From: Candidatus Poribacteria bacterium
GTDB lineage: Bacteria > Poribacteria > WGA-4E > WGA-3G
Reading direction: 5' to 3'
DNA: 64,000 bases
NCBI GenBank assembly: GCA_965215265.1
Contig: OZ244048.1
Location: forward strand, 1,120,001 to 1,184,000
The position numbers were made by a program, and so were the translations under genes. Numbering within the stretch: the stretch's first letter is position 1; each line of letters opens with the position of its first letter. This document shows, one piece after another, positions 1 to 9,931 of this stretch. The notes under the pieces are model-generated. The model was not told the DNA's origin, made no database searches, and saw nothing but the letters and a program-made list of their open reading frames with translations.

Positions 1-858
1 TGTGCGGAGTTCTTTGTTGGTGGCTGCGATGATGCGTACGTCAACCTTTCGGAGTTGATAGCTTCCGAGTCGCTCAACTTCCCCGGATTCAAGGACGCGT
101 AGTACCTTTGCTTGTGCTTTCAAACTCATATCGCCGATTTCGTCAAGAAAGAGTGTGCCGCCGTTAGCGAGTTCGAAGCGGCCCTGTCTGCTAGAATTCG
201 CGCCGGTAAATGCGCCTGGTTCATGTCCAAAGAGTTCGTTCTCAATGAGTTCGTCAGGCAGTGCAGCACAATTTAAGGACATAAAGGGTTTGTTAACGCG
301 CCGGCTCTGTTGGTGAATTGCATTAGCGACTAACTGCTTGCCGGTTCCATTTTCGCCAGAGATTAACACGCTGAGTCTACTGCCTGCGACCTGCCGAATC
401 TGCGAACGGAGGTTTACCAAGATTGGACTTTCACCAACCATCTCATCGTCGGGGACAATTTTTGATTTGAGTATTTGATTTTCATGGGATAAGCGGGATA
501 TCTCCAAAAACGGCTCTACGCTGGAGAGGATTTTATCAATGCTAATCGGTTTGGTTATGTAGCGTTTTGCGCCGAGTTCCATCGTTTTCACAGCGATTTC
601 AATATCCTGCTGCGCAGACATCATGACAACCGGGAGTGCTGGGTGCTGCTGCAGCAGCTTGACTAGTGTCTGGATGCCGTCCATGCCATTTTCCATCCGA
701 ATATCTAATAATACCAGGTCGACATCAGTTTTGGCACACTCTTGCAGTGCTTTCTCTCCACTAGCAGAGGTAAGTGTTTTGTACCCGCGCATTTGAAGCC
801 CCTGGGACAGCATCTTAAGTGTATTTCTTTCATCATCTACAATCAAAATCGTTTCCAT
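1..858 (-). CDS. Sigma-54-dependent response regulator (NtrC/NtrX family), 3' end runs off the window
   Basis: Manual translation from ATG at 858: METILIVDDE...LVLLDIRM receiver domain; ISGENGTGKQ Walker A, ELFGHEPGAFTGA, GGTLFLDEIGDM. Not in the ORF track because it is open to the edge. Confidence 0.93.
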   Translation of the reverse strand, partial: METILIVDDERNTLKMLSQGLQMRGYKTLTSASGEKALQECAKTDVDLVLLDIRMENGMDGIQTLVKLLQQHPALPVVMMSAQQDIEIAVKTMELGAKRYITKPISIDKILSSVEPFLEISRLSHENQILKSKIVPDDEMVGESPILVNLRSQIRQVAGSRLSVLISGENGTGKQLVANAIHQQSRRVNKPFMSLNCAALPDELIENELFGHEPGAFTGANSSRQGRFELANGGTLFLDEIGDMSLKAQAKVLRVLESGEVERLGSYQLRKVDVRIIAATNKELRT

Positions 859-875
859 TTTTCGTGCGCCCTCTC

Positions 876-3236
876 TTATGTAGACAATTCATTTTTTGCG
901 TGTTGCCGATGGACAGTTTCTGCTGTTTTTGTTGTGTTTAAAAATATATCGTCAGAAGTATCAGATGCTGAGACATCAAAACTAATTTGAATGGTGGTAC
1001 CCACTTCTTCATCACTTTCAACATGGATGGTTCCGCCGTGGTCGGCCACAATTCTTTGCACAATTGCCATACCCAGGCCGATCCCATTTGACTTTGTGGT
1101 GAAATAGGGTGTAAAAAGGTTGTCAAGCGTGTCTGTAGACATGCCGTGCCCGGTGTCTTTCACTTCAAGCAAGACTTTGTGCGCTTCAATAGGTAAACGC
1201 GTTGACGCATCATGTTCAGTTGAGAATGACTCGGCATCCACCATAGGCGTCTCTATTTGGTTATTCGTAGCTGCTGGTATGGTACTGGATGAAAAACCTG
1301 TGGCGGGGTTCGGTTTTCTTTCTCTGTCCTCGAGGACAGAGAAGAATACCTTTTCCCCGCCATCTCCGATTCCATTTCGTTTCTTGTTTGGGATTGTGTT
1401 ATTGTGGCTGACTGATGTCTTCACCTGGAGTGTTCCACCATCTGGCATAGCTTCCATTGCATTTTTGAGCAGATTGCCTAACACTTGTGCAATTTGTTCC
1501 TTGTCAAGCGAAAGCTGCGGGAGCGGACTGAGATGGCTTTCAATTTTAATGTTTGTCTCCTCTTCCATCGTGGAAGGTAGAGTAGATGCCGCGGACGGTG
1601 CAGCTCGCCCTGCGTTTTTGTAAAGGGTTAACACGGATGTGACAATGCGATTCAAATCAACTGGTTTTCTTTTAGGAATCGGCATACGTGCGAATTGTTG
1701 GAACTCATCTATTAATTTTCCAATTCTATCTACTTCTTCAATCACGGTTTCTGTGCATTCATGAAAGATATTCTCAAAAATTTCGGGCTGTGCTTTCGCC
1801 TGCTGTAGATTTTCAACGGAGAGCCGAATTGGAAAGAGCGGATTTTTGATTTCGTGTGCTACTTGTTGTGCGACATCGCGCCAGGTTTCTGCACGTTCCG
1901 CTGCCATTCGCTCTTCTAGGCTGTGCCGCAGGTCGCGCGCCATCTGGTTAAATCCATCTGCAAGCTGCCCTATTTCACTCTGTGAATGGACATCAACCCG
2001 GTGATTGAGATTTCCAGAGGCAATCTGACTAACGCCTTCCCGTAGAATTGCAATAGGGCGCGTGATTCGCCGGCTCATCCCATAACTGATAAGGTAAACG
2101 AGGGCAAGTCCGCCTAGGCCACTCAAAAGCAAGGTGCTGGTGAGTTGTTGTTGCCATTTAATTTGGCGTTGATGTGAGTATCCAATTACTAGTTCGACCT
2201 CAACGTCTTTCCGTGAGTCAACGTAAGGTGAACTGAAAGGCTCTATTTGAAATGCGGTAAAAACGCCGTTCCCTTTTTCTTCTGATGTATTTGCCAGCCC
2301 TGGCAAAGAAATTTCGCGCGCAGTGCTTGGTTCAGGATAAATTTCGGGGTTTCTACTGTTCTCGCCTGCCCTTCTTCGCTGTTGCGGCGTTTTCGCTTGT
2401 TTCAAAAATTGCTCACGGAATGCCAATGCATTTCGAGTGGCTGCATAGTTTAACGGATTCCAATCACTGTTTCTATTATTTTTCATGATAAGGAAAATCG
2501 GATGTTCATCTGATTGGATAATGGGTTCAGTTTCGAGCCAATTAGGGAAGAAGTAGCCTCCTGTGAAAAACCCCCAGTCGCCAGACTCTGTCACTTCAAC
2601 GACGATTTTTGGTTCTGTTTTTTCTCCTTGTGTCACCTTTCTGACTCGAATGTTTGCTCGCGGATTATTGAGTGTATCTCTAACTGTCGGTGTGGTGTCG
2701 TTGCCTTCTCCTTTTTTCTCAAGAGTTACGGATGGATGCGGTACCGTCAACCCCGTACTAAACAGCACTTTCCCATAGGCGGTGCCGTACTCCATGATAT
2801 CAAAGTCGGTTTTGCCAAGATGCCTGCCATCGGTTTCGCCTCTTAGAATGGCACTGCGAACATTCGGTTCGTTTGCCTTCGCAACCACGTCCCTTTTAAT
2901 TGTCCGGATAAAAGAACTATATTGATTTGAAATTCGTGCGTTCCGTTCCTCTACGTAGGTTTCCATCTGCCTTTTAAAAGCGAGCCGTGTCAAGACGTGC
3001 GTGATGCCAAACATAACGCCGAACATCAACAGAAAGACAAAGCCGTAGGCTAAAAATATTTTATCGTTGAACCGCAACCGAGAAAATTTGCTTCGCATTC
3101 TCGTGCCCCAGATTTTTTCATTCATGCTGTCCCAATTGCCGCTAAATTTTTCGTATATCTCCGTACCATCAACATCTATGTTTTGATAACTCGTGTGTAA
3201 ATCTCGTCTGAGCCTCACTAGGTTATGATTCTTCAA
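876..3236 (-). CDS. Membrane sensor histidine kinase with HAMP domain (NtrY-like); start may be at ~3098
   Basis: Two TM segments, HAMP, H-box VAHEIKNPL, N-box NLLKNAMEA, DTGHG, FTPYFTTK, GIGLGM; adjacent to the response regulator. Long insert inside the HATPase domain. Confidence 0.92.
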   Translation of the reverse strand: MKNHNLVRLRRDLHTSYQNIDVDGTEIYEKFSGNWDSMNEKIWGTRMRSKFSRLRFNDKIFLAYGFVFLLMFGVMFGITHVLTRLAFKRQMETYVEERNARISNQYSSFIRTIKRDVVAKANEPNVRSAILRGETDGRHLGKTDFDIMEYGTAYGKVLFSTGLTVPHPSVTLEKKGEGNDTTPTVRDTLNNPRANIRVRKVTQGEKTEPKIVVEVTESGDWGFFTGGYFFPNWLETEPIIQSDEHPIFLIMKNNRNSDWNPLNYAATRNALAFREQFLKQAKTPQQRRRAGENSRNPEIYPEPSTAREISLPGLANTSEEKGNGVFTAFQIEPFSSPYVDSRKDVEVELVIGYSHQRQIKWQQQLTSTLLLSGLGGLALVYLISYGMSRRITRPIAILREGVSQIASGNLNHRVDVHSQSEIGQLADGFNQMARDLRHSLEERMAAERAETWRDVAQQVAHEIKNPLFPIRLSVENLQQAKAQPEIFENIFHECTETVIEEVDRIGKLIDEFQQFARMPIPKRKPVDLNRIVTSVLTLYKNAGRAAPSAASTLPSTMEEETNIKIESHLSPLPQLSLDKEQIAQVLGNLLKNAMEAMPDGGTLQVKTSVSHNNTIPNKKRNGIGDGGEKVFFSVLEDRERKPNPATGFSSSTIPAATNNQIETPMVDAESFSTEHDASTRLPIEAHKVLLEVKDTGHGMSTDTLDNLFTPYFTTKSNGIGLGMAIVQRIVADHGGTIHVESDEEVGTTIQISFDVSASDTSDDIFLNTTKTAETVHRQHAKNELST
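1300..1362 (+). repeat. Palindromic repeat family A, copy inside the kinase CDS
   Basis: tggcgggg...ccccgcca outer arms around the perfect 24-bp palindrome ttctctgtcctcgaggacagagaa (1320-1343); same layout as copies at 4038, 4082, 19835, 22137 and 57866. Confidence 0.88.
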
Positions 3237-3401
3237 TCACCTTCCTCGCAAGCTCCTTAATCTCCACTGGATCCCACCCTGATCCCGAACAGTTTTCTCC
3301 CAATCAATAGCAATTTTATGTGCTGCTGGCGGGGCCCAAAGGATTTCTTATCTATCCTGCTACTTGACCGGTTCTGCATAAATCTTAGACCTTTCACATG
3401 A

Positions 3402-5021
3402 CTACACACGGCCCAAGATTTCTTGTGTCCTCACCTTATAGCCTTCAACAGCATCTTGGCGATAGGTTAGCTCTTTATCTAATGCAACAGACGTTTCATC
3501 ACGATGTAATTCCTGCAATCTACCTTTGACTGCTACGGTATCCATTAACGTACGCATCAATTCACAGACGTTGCCGATATCCGGTTTAGGGAGAGTTAAT
3601 GTTGCATTGGGGATTCCGTTTTCGGTGAAATCCATGGCGGTTCCACGGTAAGAAGCAGTCTGAATGTATGACATGGATTGCCCCTCAAGGCGAGTTAACT
3701 CGCCCCCAATACCGGTCTCTTTGGGAATTGTTAAATCGGTACCAAGGTCGTCCCAGTGGATAAACAGCACGACCTTATCCCGCGGTCCGGCGATGATACC
3801 GTTCAAGATGGAGTGATTACTTGTCGGACCTTTAGCTGGAATGACATTTGCACCGCTGCCGCGTTCCTGAATGGATTCCGTATAAAGTTGGACAAACCAT
3901 TCTCCGAGACAACTCACGTCGGCATAGTTATAGAAGACGATTGTGCCGATGCCATTGCGTTCTTCAGCGAACTGAAGCCAATGTGCCAGTTGGTACGCTA
4001 CATTCGTTGACGTGCTGTCTAAGGTATCTACGTCGGGTTGGCAGGATAGGTATTCTTTGTCTCTCCTTTCAGGAGAGACAAGTGGCGAGATAGGTATCTT
4101 TCTCTGTCCTGAAGGACAGAGAAGATTACCTTTTACTCGCCACCCACTGGGATTACCTTTTACCTGCCAATCTATAGAGCCGTGGGTGTAACGTGTCTTA
4201 AAACGTTCATCCGCTCGCTGCACGCCTTGCAATGCCTCTTGCACACGCGATGCCGGCGTTTCTGTTTTCTCAGCAGTCATGGCTAAAAAGAATAACCCGA
4301 CTGGCGAAAATGCAGAAAACCGTCCGCCAACCCCTTCTGGCACCGGAAGGAGGGTGCCGCTGTAGAAGGGAGATTGCTGATGAAGTTGGAACAGCGCACT
4401 TTTGTCGGTTAACCCTGTCGTTGCCAAAACCTGATGCTCCCACTTGTAACCGTCCAGGTTCCGGACGTGCTTTTGGAGCATATCGCGGATAATCATCAAC
4501 GTTGCTATTGTCTCACCTGTTCTCCCAGATTTGCTAATCACGTTGAAGAGCGTTTTGTGGAGAAGGTTTTGGCTTTTAAGCATTTCCAAGAGAGCGGTAA
4601 GTCGCCTCGGGTCGAATGTGTCGCCTGTAAAATAGACTTCCGGGGCACCTCCGCGGGCTTCAACTGACAGCCTATTGTGATAAGGATGGTTGAAGCATTC
4701 ATGAAAAACTCTTGCACTCAAATCAGAGCCGCCAATGCCAATCGTGACGAGAACTGCAAATTCCTGACGGGCACGCGTTGCCACATCGATCACCTGGGCG
4801 ATGTGTTCCGTTTGCAAATGGCTACGAGTCCACGCCCGGAGATTTCGCTCTAATATCGAGAGTGGTGCGGATACCTCTTGTAGGAAGAGTGCATAAATGT
4901 CTGCCAACCGCACGTCAATATTCTGTTGAGACGTTCTGTCCGAATCTGTTTCAACAGGCAAAAAATTAATGTCAAAGGTTAACGCGGATCGATGCGAAAG
5001 ACGGACGCTTTCTGGTGTCAT
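3402..5021 (-). CDS. pgi: Glucose-6-phosphate isomerase carrying an in-frame repeat insertion
   Basis: IGIGGSDL, NVISKSGRTGET, VGGRFS, QLYTES, HS and YRQDAVEGYK motifs of PGI. Confidence 0.88.
   Translation of the reverse strand: MTPESVRLSHRSALTFDINFLPVETDSDRTSQQNIDVRLADIYALFLQEVSAPLSILERNLRAWTRSHLQTEHIAQVIDVATRARQEFAVLVTIGIGGSDLSARVFHECFNHPYHNRLSVEARGGAPEVYFTGDTFDPRRLTALLEMLKSQNLLHKTLFNVISKSGRTGETIATLMIIRDMLQKHVRNLDGYKWEHQVLATTGLTDKSALFQLHQQSPFYSGTLLPVPEGVGGRFSAFSPVGLFFLAMTAEKTETPASRVQEALQGVQRADERFKTRYTHGSIDWQVKGNPSGWRVKGNLLCPSGQRKIPISPLVSPERRDKEYLSCQPDVDTLDSTSTNVAYQLAHWLQFAEERNGIGTIVFYNYADVSCLGEWFVQLYTESIQERGSGANVIPAKGPTSNHSILNGIIAGPRDKVVLFIHWDDLGTDLTIPKETGIGGELTRLEGQSMSYIQTASYRGTAMDFTENGIPNATLTLPKPDIGNVCELMRTLMDTVAVKGRLQELHRDETSVALDKELTYRQDAVEGYKVRTQEILGRV
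4038..4170 (+). repeat. Two nested family A copies (outer 4038-4170, inner 4082-4150) inside pgi
   Basis: Outer ttggcaggataggtattctttgtctctcct-ttc-aggagagacaa...gattaccttttacctgccaa is interrupted by gtggcgagataggtatctttctctgtcct-ga-aggacagagaagattaccttttactcgccacccactgg. Confidence 0.92.
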
Positions 5022-5026
5022 CTCGG

Positions 5027-5419
5027 TTAAATTCTCCCATATTTATCCACAAGCCGAACGATATCATCCTCAGCAAAATGCCCGAACGAAATTTCGAGGA
5101 CCCGATAATCTTTGGCTTCACCAATCAATTGATGTTTGGCACCTTGTGGGATGAAGACAGGTTCCATCGGCTGCGGGCGTTGGAGTTCGCCTTCGATTTT
5201 TAAGCACGCGCCGTCATCAAGCGGTATCCACAGTTCACTTCGGTGGTGATGATACTGATAACTTACCTGTTCGCCCGCCCGAATTTCTAAAATTTTAACA
5301 GTGACAGGTTGATTGAGGACATATTGAATAAAGCTGCCCCACGGCTTCTCGGTTCTCGCTATCTCCATCACAGGATTTGGATTTGTTGTATCGTTGCAAG
5401 AAATCGTTTTTTCTTTCAT
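5027..5419 (-). CDS. Cupin, type II mannose-6-phosphate isomerase C-terminal-like
   Basis: EKPWGSF, VSYQYHHHRSELW, FIPQGAKHQL, LEISFG, EDDIVRLVDKYGR. Confidence 0.85.
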   Translation of the reverse strand: MKEKTISCNDTTNPNPVMEIARTEKPWGSFIQYVLNQPVTVKILEIRAGEQVSYQYHHHRSELWIPLDDGACLKIEGELQRPQPMEPVFIPQGAKHQLIGEAKDYRVLEISFGHFAEDDIVRLVDKYGRI

Positions 5420-5785
5420 GTGTCCATTAAATTATGGGTAAGGCGTGTTTTCCGGAGATGGCAAAGGAGTAGATGCCATTAGTATTACGCCTTGCCGTTT
5501 TACATACAGAAACATATCCTTCCTCTACCTTCAAAAACACTCCAGTTTTGTTCACAGAAGCGAGGTGCAGGAATTCCTGACAAATTCGAAAATCTTCTAA
5601 CAATTTACCATATAAATGCGGTACAAGTCAAGCGAAAAAATTGTGAAGTGTAGCTGCCCAACTATTTTGGGAATCATCTTCCGGATTCGCATTGCTTTTC
5701 CAATTGTAGGCATCCGGCACTTACCTTAATGTATCAGTATCTGCCGATAGTACCTTATTTTTTAGTAAATACTCTCGAAAATGAG

Positions 5786-5814
5786 TTGACATCTTGTCGG
5801 AAATCTGATAAGTT
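5786..5814 (+). promoter_or_regulatory. Sigma70-type promoter for the MurNAc recycling genes
   Basis: TTGACA (5786-5791), 17-nt spacer, TGn-TAAGTT (5809-5814). Confidence 0.6.
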
Positions 5815-5903
5815 AAATCACAATATAGACTTTCAGACATGACCCTAAATAATAGGATACGAGTTTTGTTGATGGAAACGTTAAGGTGCTTTTGGGTTAA
5901 AGT

Positions 5904-6935
5904 ATGGAAAAATTAATCTCAAACCTGATAGAAAATGGAATTGTGGAAGGTGTTTTCCCGGGGGCTGTAGCACATATCCTGACATCGGATACAACGTTAT
6001 ACCATGAAGCGTTCGGATATCGCCAGTTAACACCGAAGCGGCACCCGATGCATAGGACAACCCTGTTTGACCTGGCTTCTCTCACGAAGCCGATTGTCAC
6101 CGCAACGCTCTGCATGCAATTGGTTGAAAAGCATGTTGTTAATCTTGATACCGCAGCTCAGGTATATCTTCCGTCCTTCAGACATGCAGATGTCACGCTC
6201 CGTCACCTTCTTACGCATACGTCAGGGCTTCCGGCGTGGTGTGCTGTTTATTTAGAGACGGATTCCCCGGAAGATGTCATCTCGTACCTCGGAGACCTTC
6301 CGCTCAAATCACTACCCGGGGAGAAGGCTGTTTATAGCTGCTTGGGCTATATTGTCCTGGGTAAACTTATTGCGAGTGTCACCGGTGTACCCCTAGATAT
6401 TATAACACAAGAACGCCTTTTTACCGTCCTGAATATGGATAAAACCTGCTTTAATCCGCCACTCCCATGGCACGGGAACTGTGCCGCAACCGAAGATTCC
6501 AACAGTTTTGAACGCCGCAAAGTAGGCTACCAACGTTACGATTGGCGTGAAGGTGTCATTATTGGCGAAGTGCATGATGAAAACGCCCATTATCTCTGCG
6601 GAGTTTCCGGGAACGCGGGTCTCTTTTCTACATCAGCCGAACTTGGCACGTTTTGTAGAATGCTCATGTCCAACGGTGGAGATATTTTAACAGCCGAGAG
6701 TATTCGCGAGATACAAACCCGCTATCCAGCGCAAGGTGAACCGCGAAGCGTCGGTTGGATTGTCTTGGAAGACGGTTCGCTCTATCATACCGGATTCACT
6801 GGCACTTCTATCCGTATCTGTCTAAAAAGGAAGCTCGCGGCAATTCTCCTCACTAATCGCGTGCATCCGGATGCCGATAGAACCGGCATTATCGCATTTC
6901 GCAAGACGTTTCATGACATCGTTTTCGCAGATTAA
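5904..6935 (+). CDS. Serine hydrolase, beta-lactamase/AmpC-like family (possible muropeptide amidase)
   Basis: FDLASLTK (SxxK), LLTHTSGL, YSCLGY, GEVHDENA, HTGFTG; upstream of namZ and anmK. Confidence 0.85.
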   Translation: MEKLISNLIENGIVEGVFPGAVAHILTSDTTLYHEAFGYRQLTPKRHPMHRTTLFDLASLTKPIVTATLCMQLVEKHVVNLDTAAQVYLPSFRHADVTLRHLLTHTSGLPAWCAVYLETDSPEDVISYLGDLPLKSLPGEKAVYSCLGYIVLGKLIASVTGVPLDIITQERLFTVLNMDKTCFNPPLPWHGNCAATEDSNSFERRKVGYQRYDWREGVIIGEVHDENAHYLCGVSGNAGLFSTSAELGTFCRMLMSNGGDILTAESIREIQTRYPAQGEPRSVGWIVLEDGSLYHTGFTGTSIRICLKRKLAAILLTNRVHPDADRTGIIAFRKTFHDIVFAD

Positions 6936-6953
6936 AGCGATAAAGACTATGAA

Positions 6954-6992
6954 TTAAGGAATTCACCCCGCAGGGCGGGGAGAACTTCTTAA
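6954..6992 (+). repeat. Hairpin repeat family B, copy 1
   Basis: ttaaggaattcaccccgc-agg-gcggggagaacttcttaa; core shared with copies at 12043 and 52617. Confidence 0.75.
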
Positions 6993-7006
6993 AAGCACGG
7001 AGGCAA

Positions 7007-8224
7007 ATGGGCGATGAATCGCCTGACTTTGAACTATCAGTGAAACGAGACATAAGATTGGGCATCACACGTCTCATTAATGAAAAACAGGAGTGGATTG
7101 CAGGTAAATCGATCGGGCTTATTACCAATCATACCGGTGTTAATGAATGCTTACAGCACGCGATCAACCTATTAGCAGATGTCCCAGGAACTAAACTCAC
7201 TGCCATCTTTACGCCTGAACATGGGCTGTGGGGTGCTGTGCAAGATGGCATTGCGATATCATCAGGGAGGATAGGAACCGTCAATGTGTTCAGCCTGTAC
7301 GGAGAAACAAAACCAGCAGAACAGTTGGAAGAGATTGATGTGCTTGTCTACGACATGCAAGATGTTGGGGCCCGTTGCTATACTTATCTGACAACGCTGC
7401 TGCGCGCGATGGAGGCCGCTGGCGACTCCGGTAAAGAGTTTATCGTTACCGACAGACCCAATCCTATCGGCTGCATGGTTGTGGAGGGACGCGTATTAGG
7501 AACTCCGCACCGGAAATTTGAATCTTTCATAGGTGTGCATGCTATTCCGATGCGCTATGCCCTTACTATCGGGGAACTTGCGCAGCTACTTAAGGTGGAA
7601 CGGCAGCTGCCGGTTTCCTTGAAAATTGCATGGATGCACGGCTACACACGGGAGTTGTGGTACGATGAAACGGGATTGGTATGGGTGCCGCCGTCTCCGA
7701 ATATGCCGACGCTCACAACCGCGACGGTTTACCCTGGGATGTGTCTGTTTGAAGGCACTAACCTGAGTGAAGGACGTGGTACAACAACGCCATTTGAAGT
7801 CGTTGGGGCTCCCTGGTGTAACGAAGAGAAATGGGTTCAAGGACTAGAGGCGTGTGGACTTCCGGGAGTCCTATTCCGTCCGACGGTGTTTACACCCGCA
7901 CCTGTCACAGAAACGACAAAGCACGCCAATCAAACGTGTCACGGTGTGGCTGTACATATCACGGACAGAGAGAATTTTCGCCCGATAGAAACAGCGATTT
8001 GTATGTTGGTGACGCTACTCCGGGAAAACACACCACATTTTGCTTTCTTATCAACGCATTTTGATAACTTGGCGGGCACCGACTGGTTGCGCCTTGCTCT
8101 ATTGGAAGGAGTAGATGTCGATAGTATTCTTGAGCATTGGCGTGAAGGAGTGACAGCCTGGGCCGCCTCTACAAGCGAGTATCAATACTACCCCGGGGCG
8201 GTGAGACATGAGACAGTTTTATGA
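7007..8224 (+). CDS. namZ: Exo-beta-N-acetylmuramidase (DUF1343)
   Basis: GLITNHTG, FTPEHG, YDMQDVGARCYTY, DRPNP, WVPPSPNMP, EGTNLSEGRGT. Confidence 0.88.
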   Translation: MGDESPDFELSVKRDIRLGITRLINEKQEWIAGKSIGLITNHTGVNECLQHAINLLADVPGTKLTAIFTPEHGLWGAVQDGIAISSGRIGTVNVFSLYGETKPAEQLEEIDVLVYDMQDVGARCYTYLTTLLRAMEAAGDSGKEFIVTDRPNPIGCMVVEGRVLGTPHRKFESFIGVHAIPMRYALTIGELAQLLKVERQLPVSLKIAWMHGYTRELWYDETGLVWVPPSPNMPTLTTATVYPGMCLFEGTNLSEGRGTTTPFEVVGAPWCNEEKWVQGLEACGLPGVLFRPTVFTPAPVTETTKHANQTCHGVAVHITDRENFRPIETAICMLVTLLRENTPHFAFLSTHFDNLAGTDWLRLALLEGVDVDSILEHWREGVTAWAASTSEYQYYPGAVRHETVL

Positions 8225-9368
8225 ACTTTTGAAACAAGACAAAAAATACGTTATCGGTTTGATGTCAGGCACCTCTGCAGATGGCATTGACGCAGCCCTA
8301 GTGGAGATTGAAGGGGTAGGGCTAGCGACGCGCGCGGCACTCATCGCGTTTGAGACGGTCCCTTTTCCAGATGGCGTGCACGACAGAATTCTGGCGTGCT
8401 GTCAGCCTGATACTGGCAAGGTTGATGCTATTTGTGAGTTGAATTTTGAGCTTGGACATCTGTTCGCGTCTGCAGTAAAGGGCTTGCTACAGCACACCGG
8501 AATCCCGGCAAGTGCCATCGCGCTGATCGGCTCCCATGGACAGACTATCCAGCATCTGCCTCCGCGTTCAACGTTACAAATTGGAGAGCCTTCTGTGATT
8601 GCACATGAGACAGGTATTCCAACAATTGCGGACTTCCGTGTGGCAGATATGGCAGCCGGTGGACAAGGTGCCCCATTGATTGCTTATCCGGACTACCTGC
8701 TTTTCAGAAGTAGAACAGAGACAATTGGGCTTTTGAACATCGGGGGCATCGCCAATCTGACAGTGCTTCCTGCGAATTGCGTTCTGGAGGATGTGAGAGC
8801 TTCGGATACGGGTCCCGGCAATATGGTTATTGATGCAGTTATAGCGAAGATAACTGGCGGCACCCAACCGTACGATACAGCGGGTATCCTTGCGGCATCT
8901 GGCACAATTTCTACACCGTTGCTTGATGCGTGGTTAAGACACTCTTTTTTTAGCAAAGTACCACCAAAGACAACTGGACGTGAGATGTTTGGGGTGGCAT
9001 TTGCAAGCGAATGTGTTGCGGATTGCCAGGCACACGGGTTAGACGATGCCGGCACAGTCGCGACCGTCACAGAATTAACGGTACAGTCGATTGTCGAGTA
9101 TCTTGGCAGATTTGTGCCGGAAAAACTAGACAAACTCTATATCAGTGGAGGCGGTGCTCAGAATTTGACGTTGATGAAGGGACTCACCACTGCGCTGCCG
9201 GACAGCACCGTTGCACCGGTTGATTGCACCGGTGTCCCCGCGGATGCAAAAGAGGCCATTGCTTTTGCGATTCTCGCGAACGAGACACTCCACGGGGAGG
9301 CAGGCAATGTTCCGACGGCAACGGGCGCATCTGTACGGAAGATCCTCGGAAAATGGGTCTTCCCTTAG
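8208..9368 (+). CDS. anmK: Anhydro-N-acetylmuramic acid kinase
   Basis: GLMSGTSADGID, GSHGQT, DFRVADMAAGGQGAPL, NIGGIAN, DTGPGN, PPKTTGRE, KEAIAFA. Confidence 0.96.
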   Translation: MRQFYELLKQDKKYVIGLMSGTSADGIDAALVEIEGVGLATRAALIAFETVPFPDGVHDRILACCQPDTGKVDAICELNFELGHLFASAVKGLLQHTGIPASAIALIGSHGQTIQHLPPRSTLQIGEPSVIAHETGIPTIADFRVADMAAGGQGAPLIAYPDYLLFRSRTETIGLLNIGGIANLTVLPANCVLEDVRASDTGPGNMVIDAVIAKITGGTQPYDTAGILAASGTISTPLLDAWLRHSFFSKVPPKTTGREMFGVAFASECVADCQAHGLDDAGTVATVTELTVQSIVEYLGRFVPEKLDKLYISGGGAQNLTLMKGLTTALPDSTVAPVDCTGVPADAKEAIAFAILANETLHGEAGNVPTATGASVRKILGKWVFP

Positions 9369-9409
9369 CCCCCGATTTTCGTTTATAAACCCTCGCTCCC
9401 TTGCCCTTC

Positions 9410-9634
9410 TTAGCCATACCTAAGACTTTTGGCTTTGTCAAAATCCGCTATCGCGGACTTGTATGCACCCAAGGCATGCATCGCCAGTCCGCGATGGTAG
9501 TAGGCCCCGGCATAGTTTGAGTTGATGCGAATGGCTTCGTCATAATTCTCTATCGCGGCATCGGATTGACCCAAGGCTCTCTTCGCCAGTCCGCGATGGT
9601 AGTAGGCCGTGGCCTTGATTGGGTTTGCCATCAT
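9410..9634 (-). CDS. Small TPR protein (two repeats)
   Basis: AYYHRGLA occurs twice, 34 aa apart; GGAG RBS upstream. Confidence 0.75.
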   Translation of the reverse strand: MMANPIKATAYYHRGLAKRALGQSDAAIENYDEAIRINSNYAGAYYHRGLAMHALGAYKSAIADFDKAKSLRYG

Positions 9635-9931
9635 GTTCTCCTTTCATCTTTGATGGGTGATAAATTACGCTACTTCGAACCTTATGGGTTTTCCTATAAA
9701 AGTAGACTAACTTGTTTTGGTTTCAGCCACTGCGACATGATGGCTAAAATTCATCGCCTTACATGATAAATTACCGTTATATCAGATTCTGAGTGAAAAG
9801 TCAAGTAAAATTAAGATTGCAATTTTTTCAATCATGAAACGATGTCCTAAATTTTGTGTGAAGTTCATGTTATATTAGTTTCACAGACTCTATTATCGAG
9901 AGATAGACATGTCGACACGCGGTGCCCATTT

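Noticed and set aside
4038-4170. Intein or self-splicing intron in pgi
   Set aside because: Too short, with no intein C/S...HN termini or group I/II core; the sequence matches the dispersed repeat family instead.
5904-6935. Beta-lactamase
   Set aside because: No signal peptide, and the namZ/anmK context favours a muropeptide hydrolase.
9480-9610. 24-bp direct repeat gccagtccgcgatggtagtaggcc as a mobile or CRISPR-like repeat
   Set aside because: The spacing of 102 bp equals one 34-aa TPR unit, so it is explained by the protein repeat.
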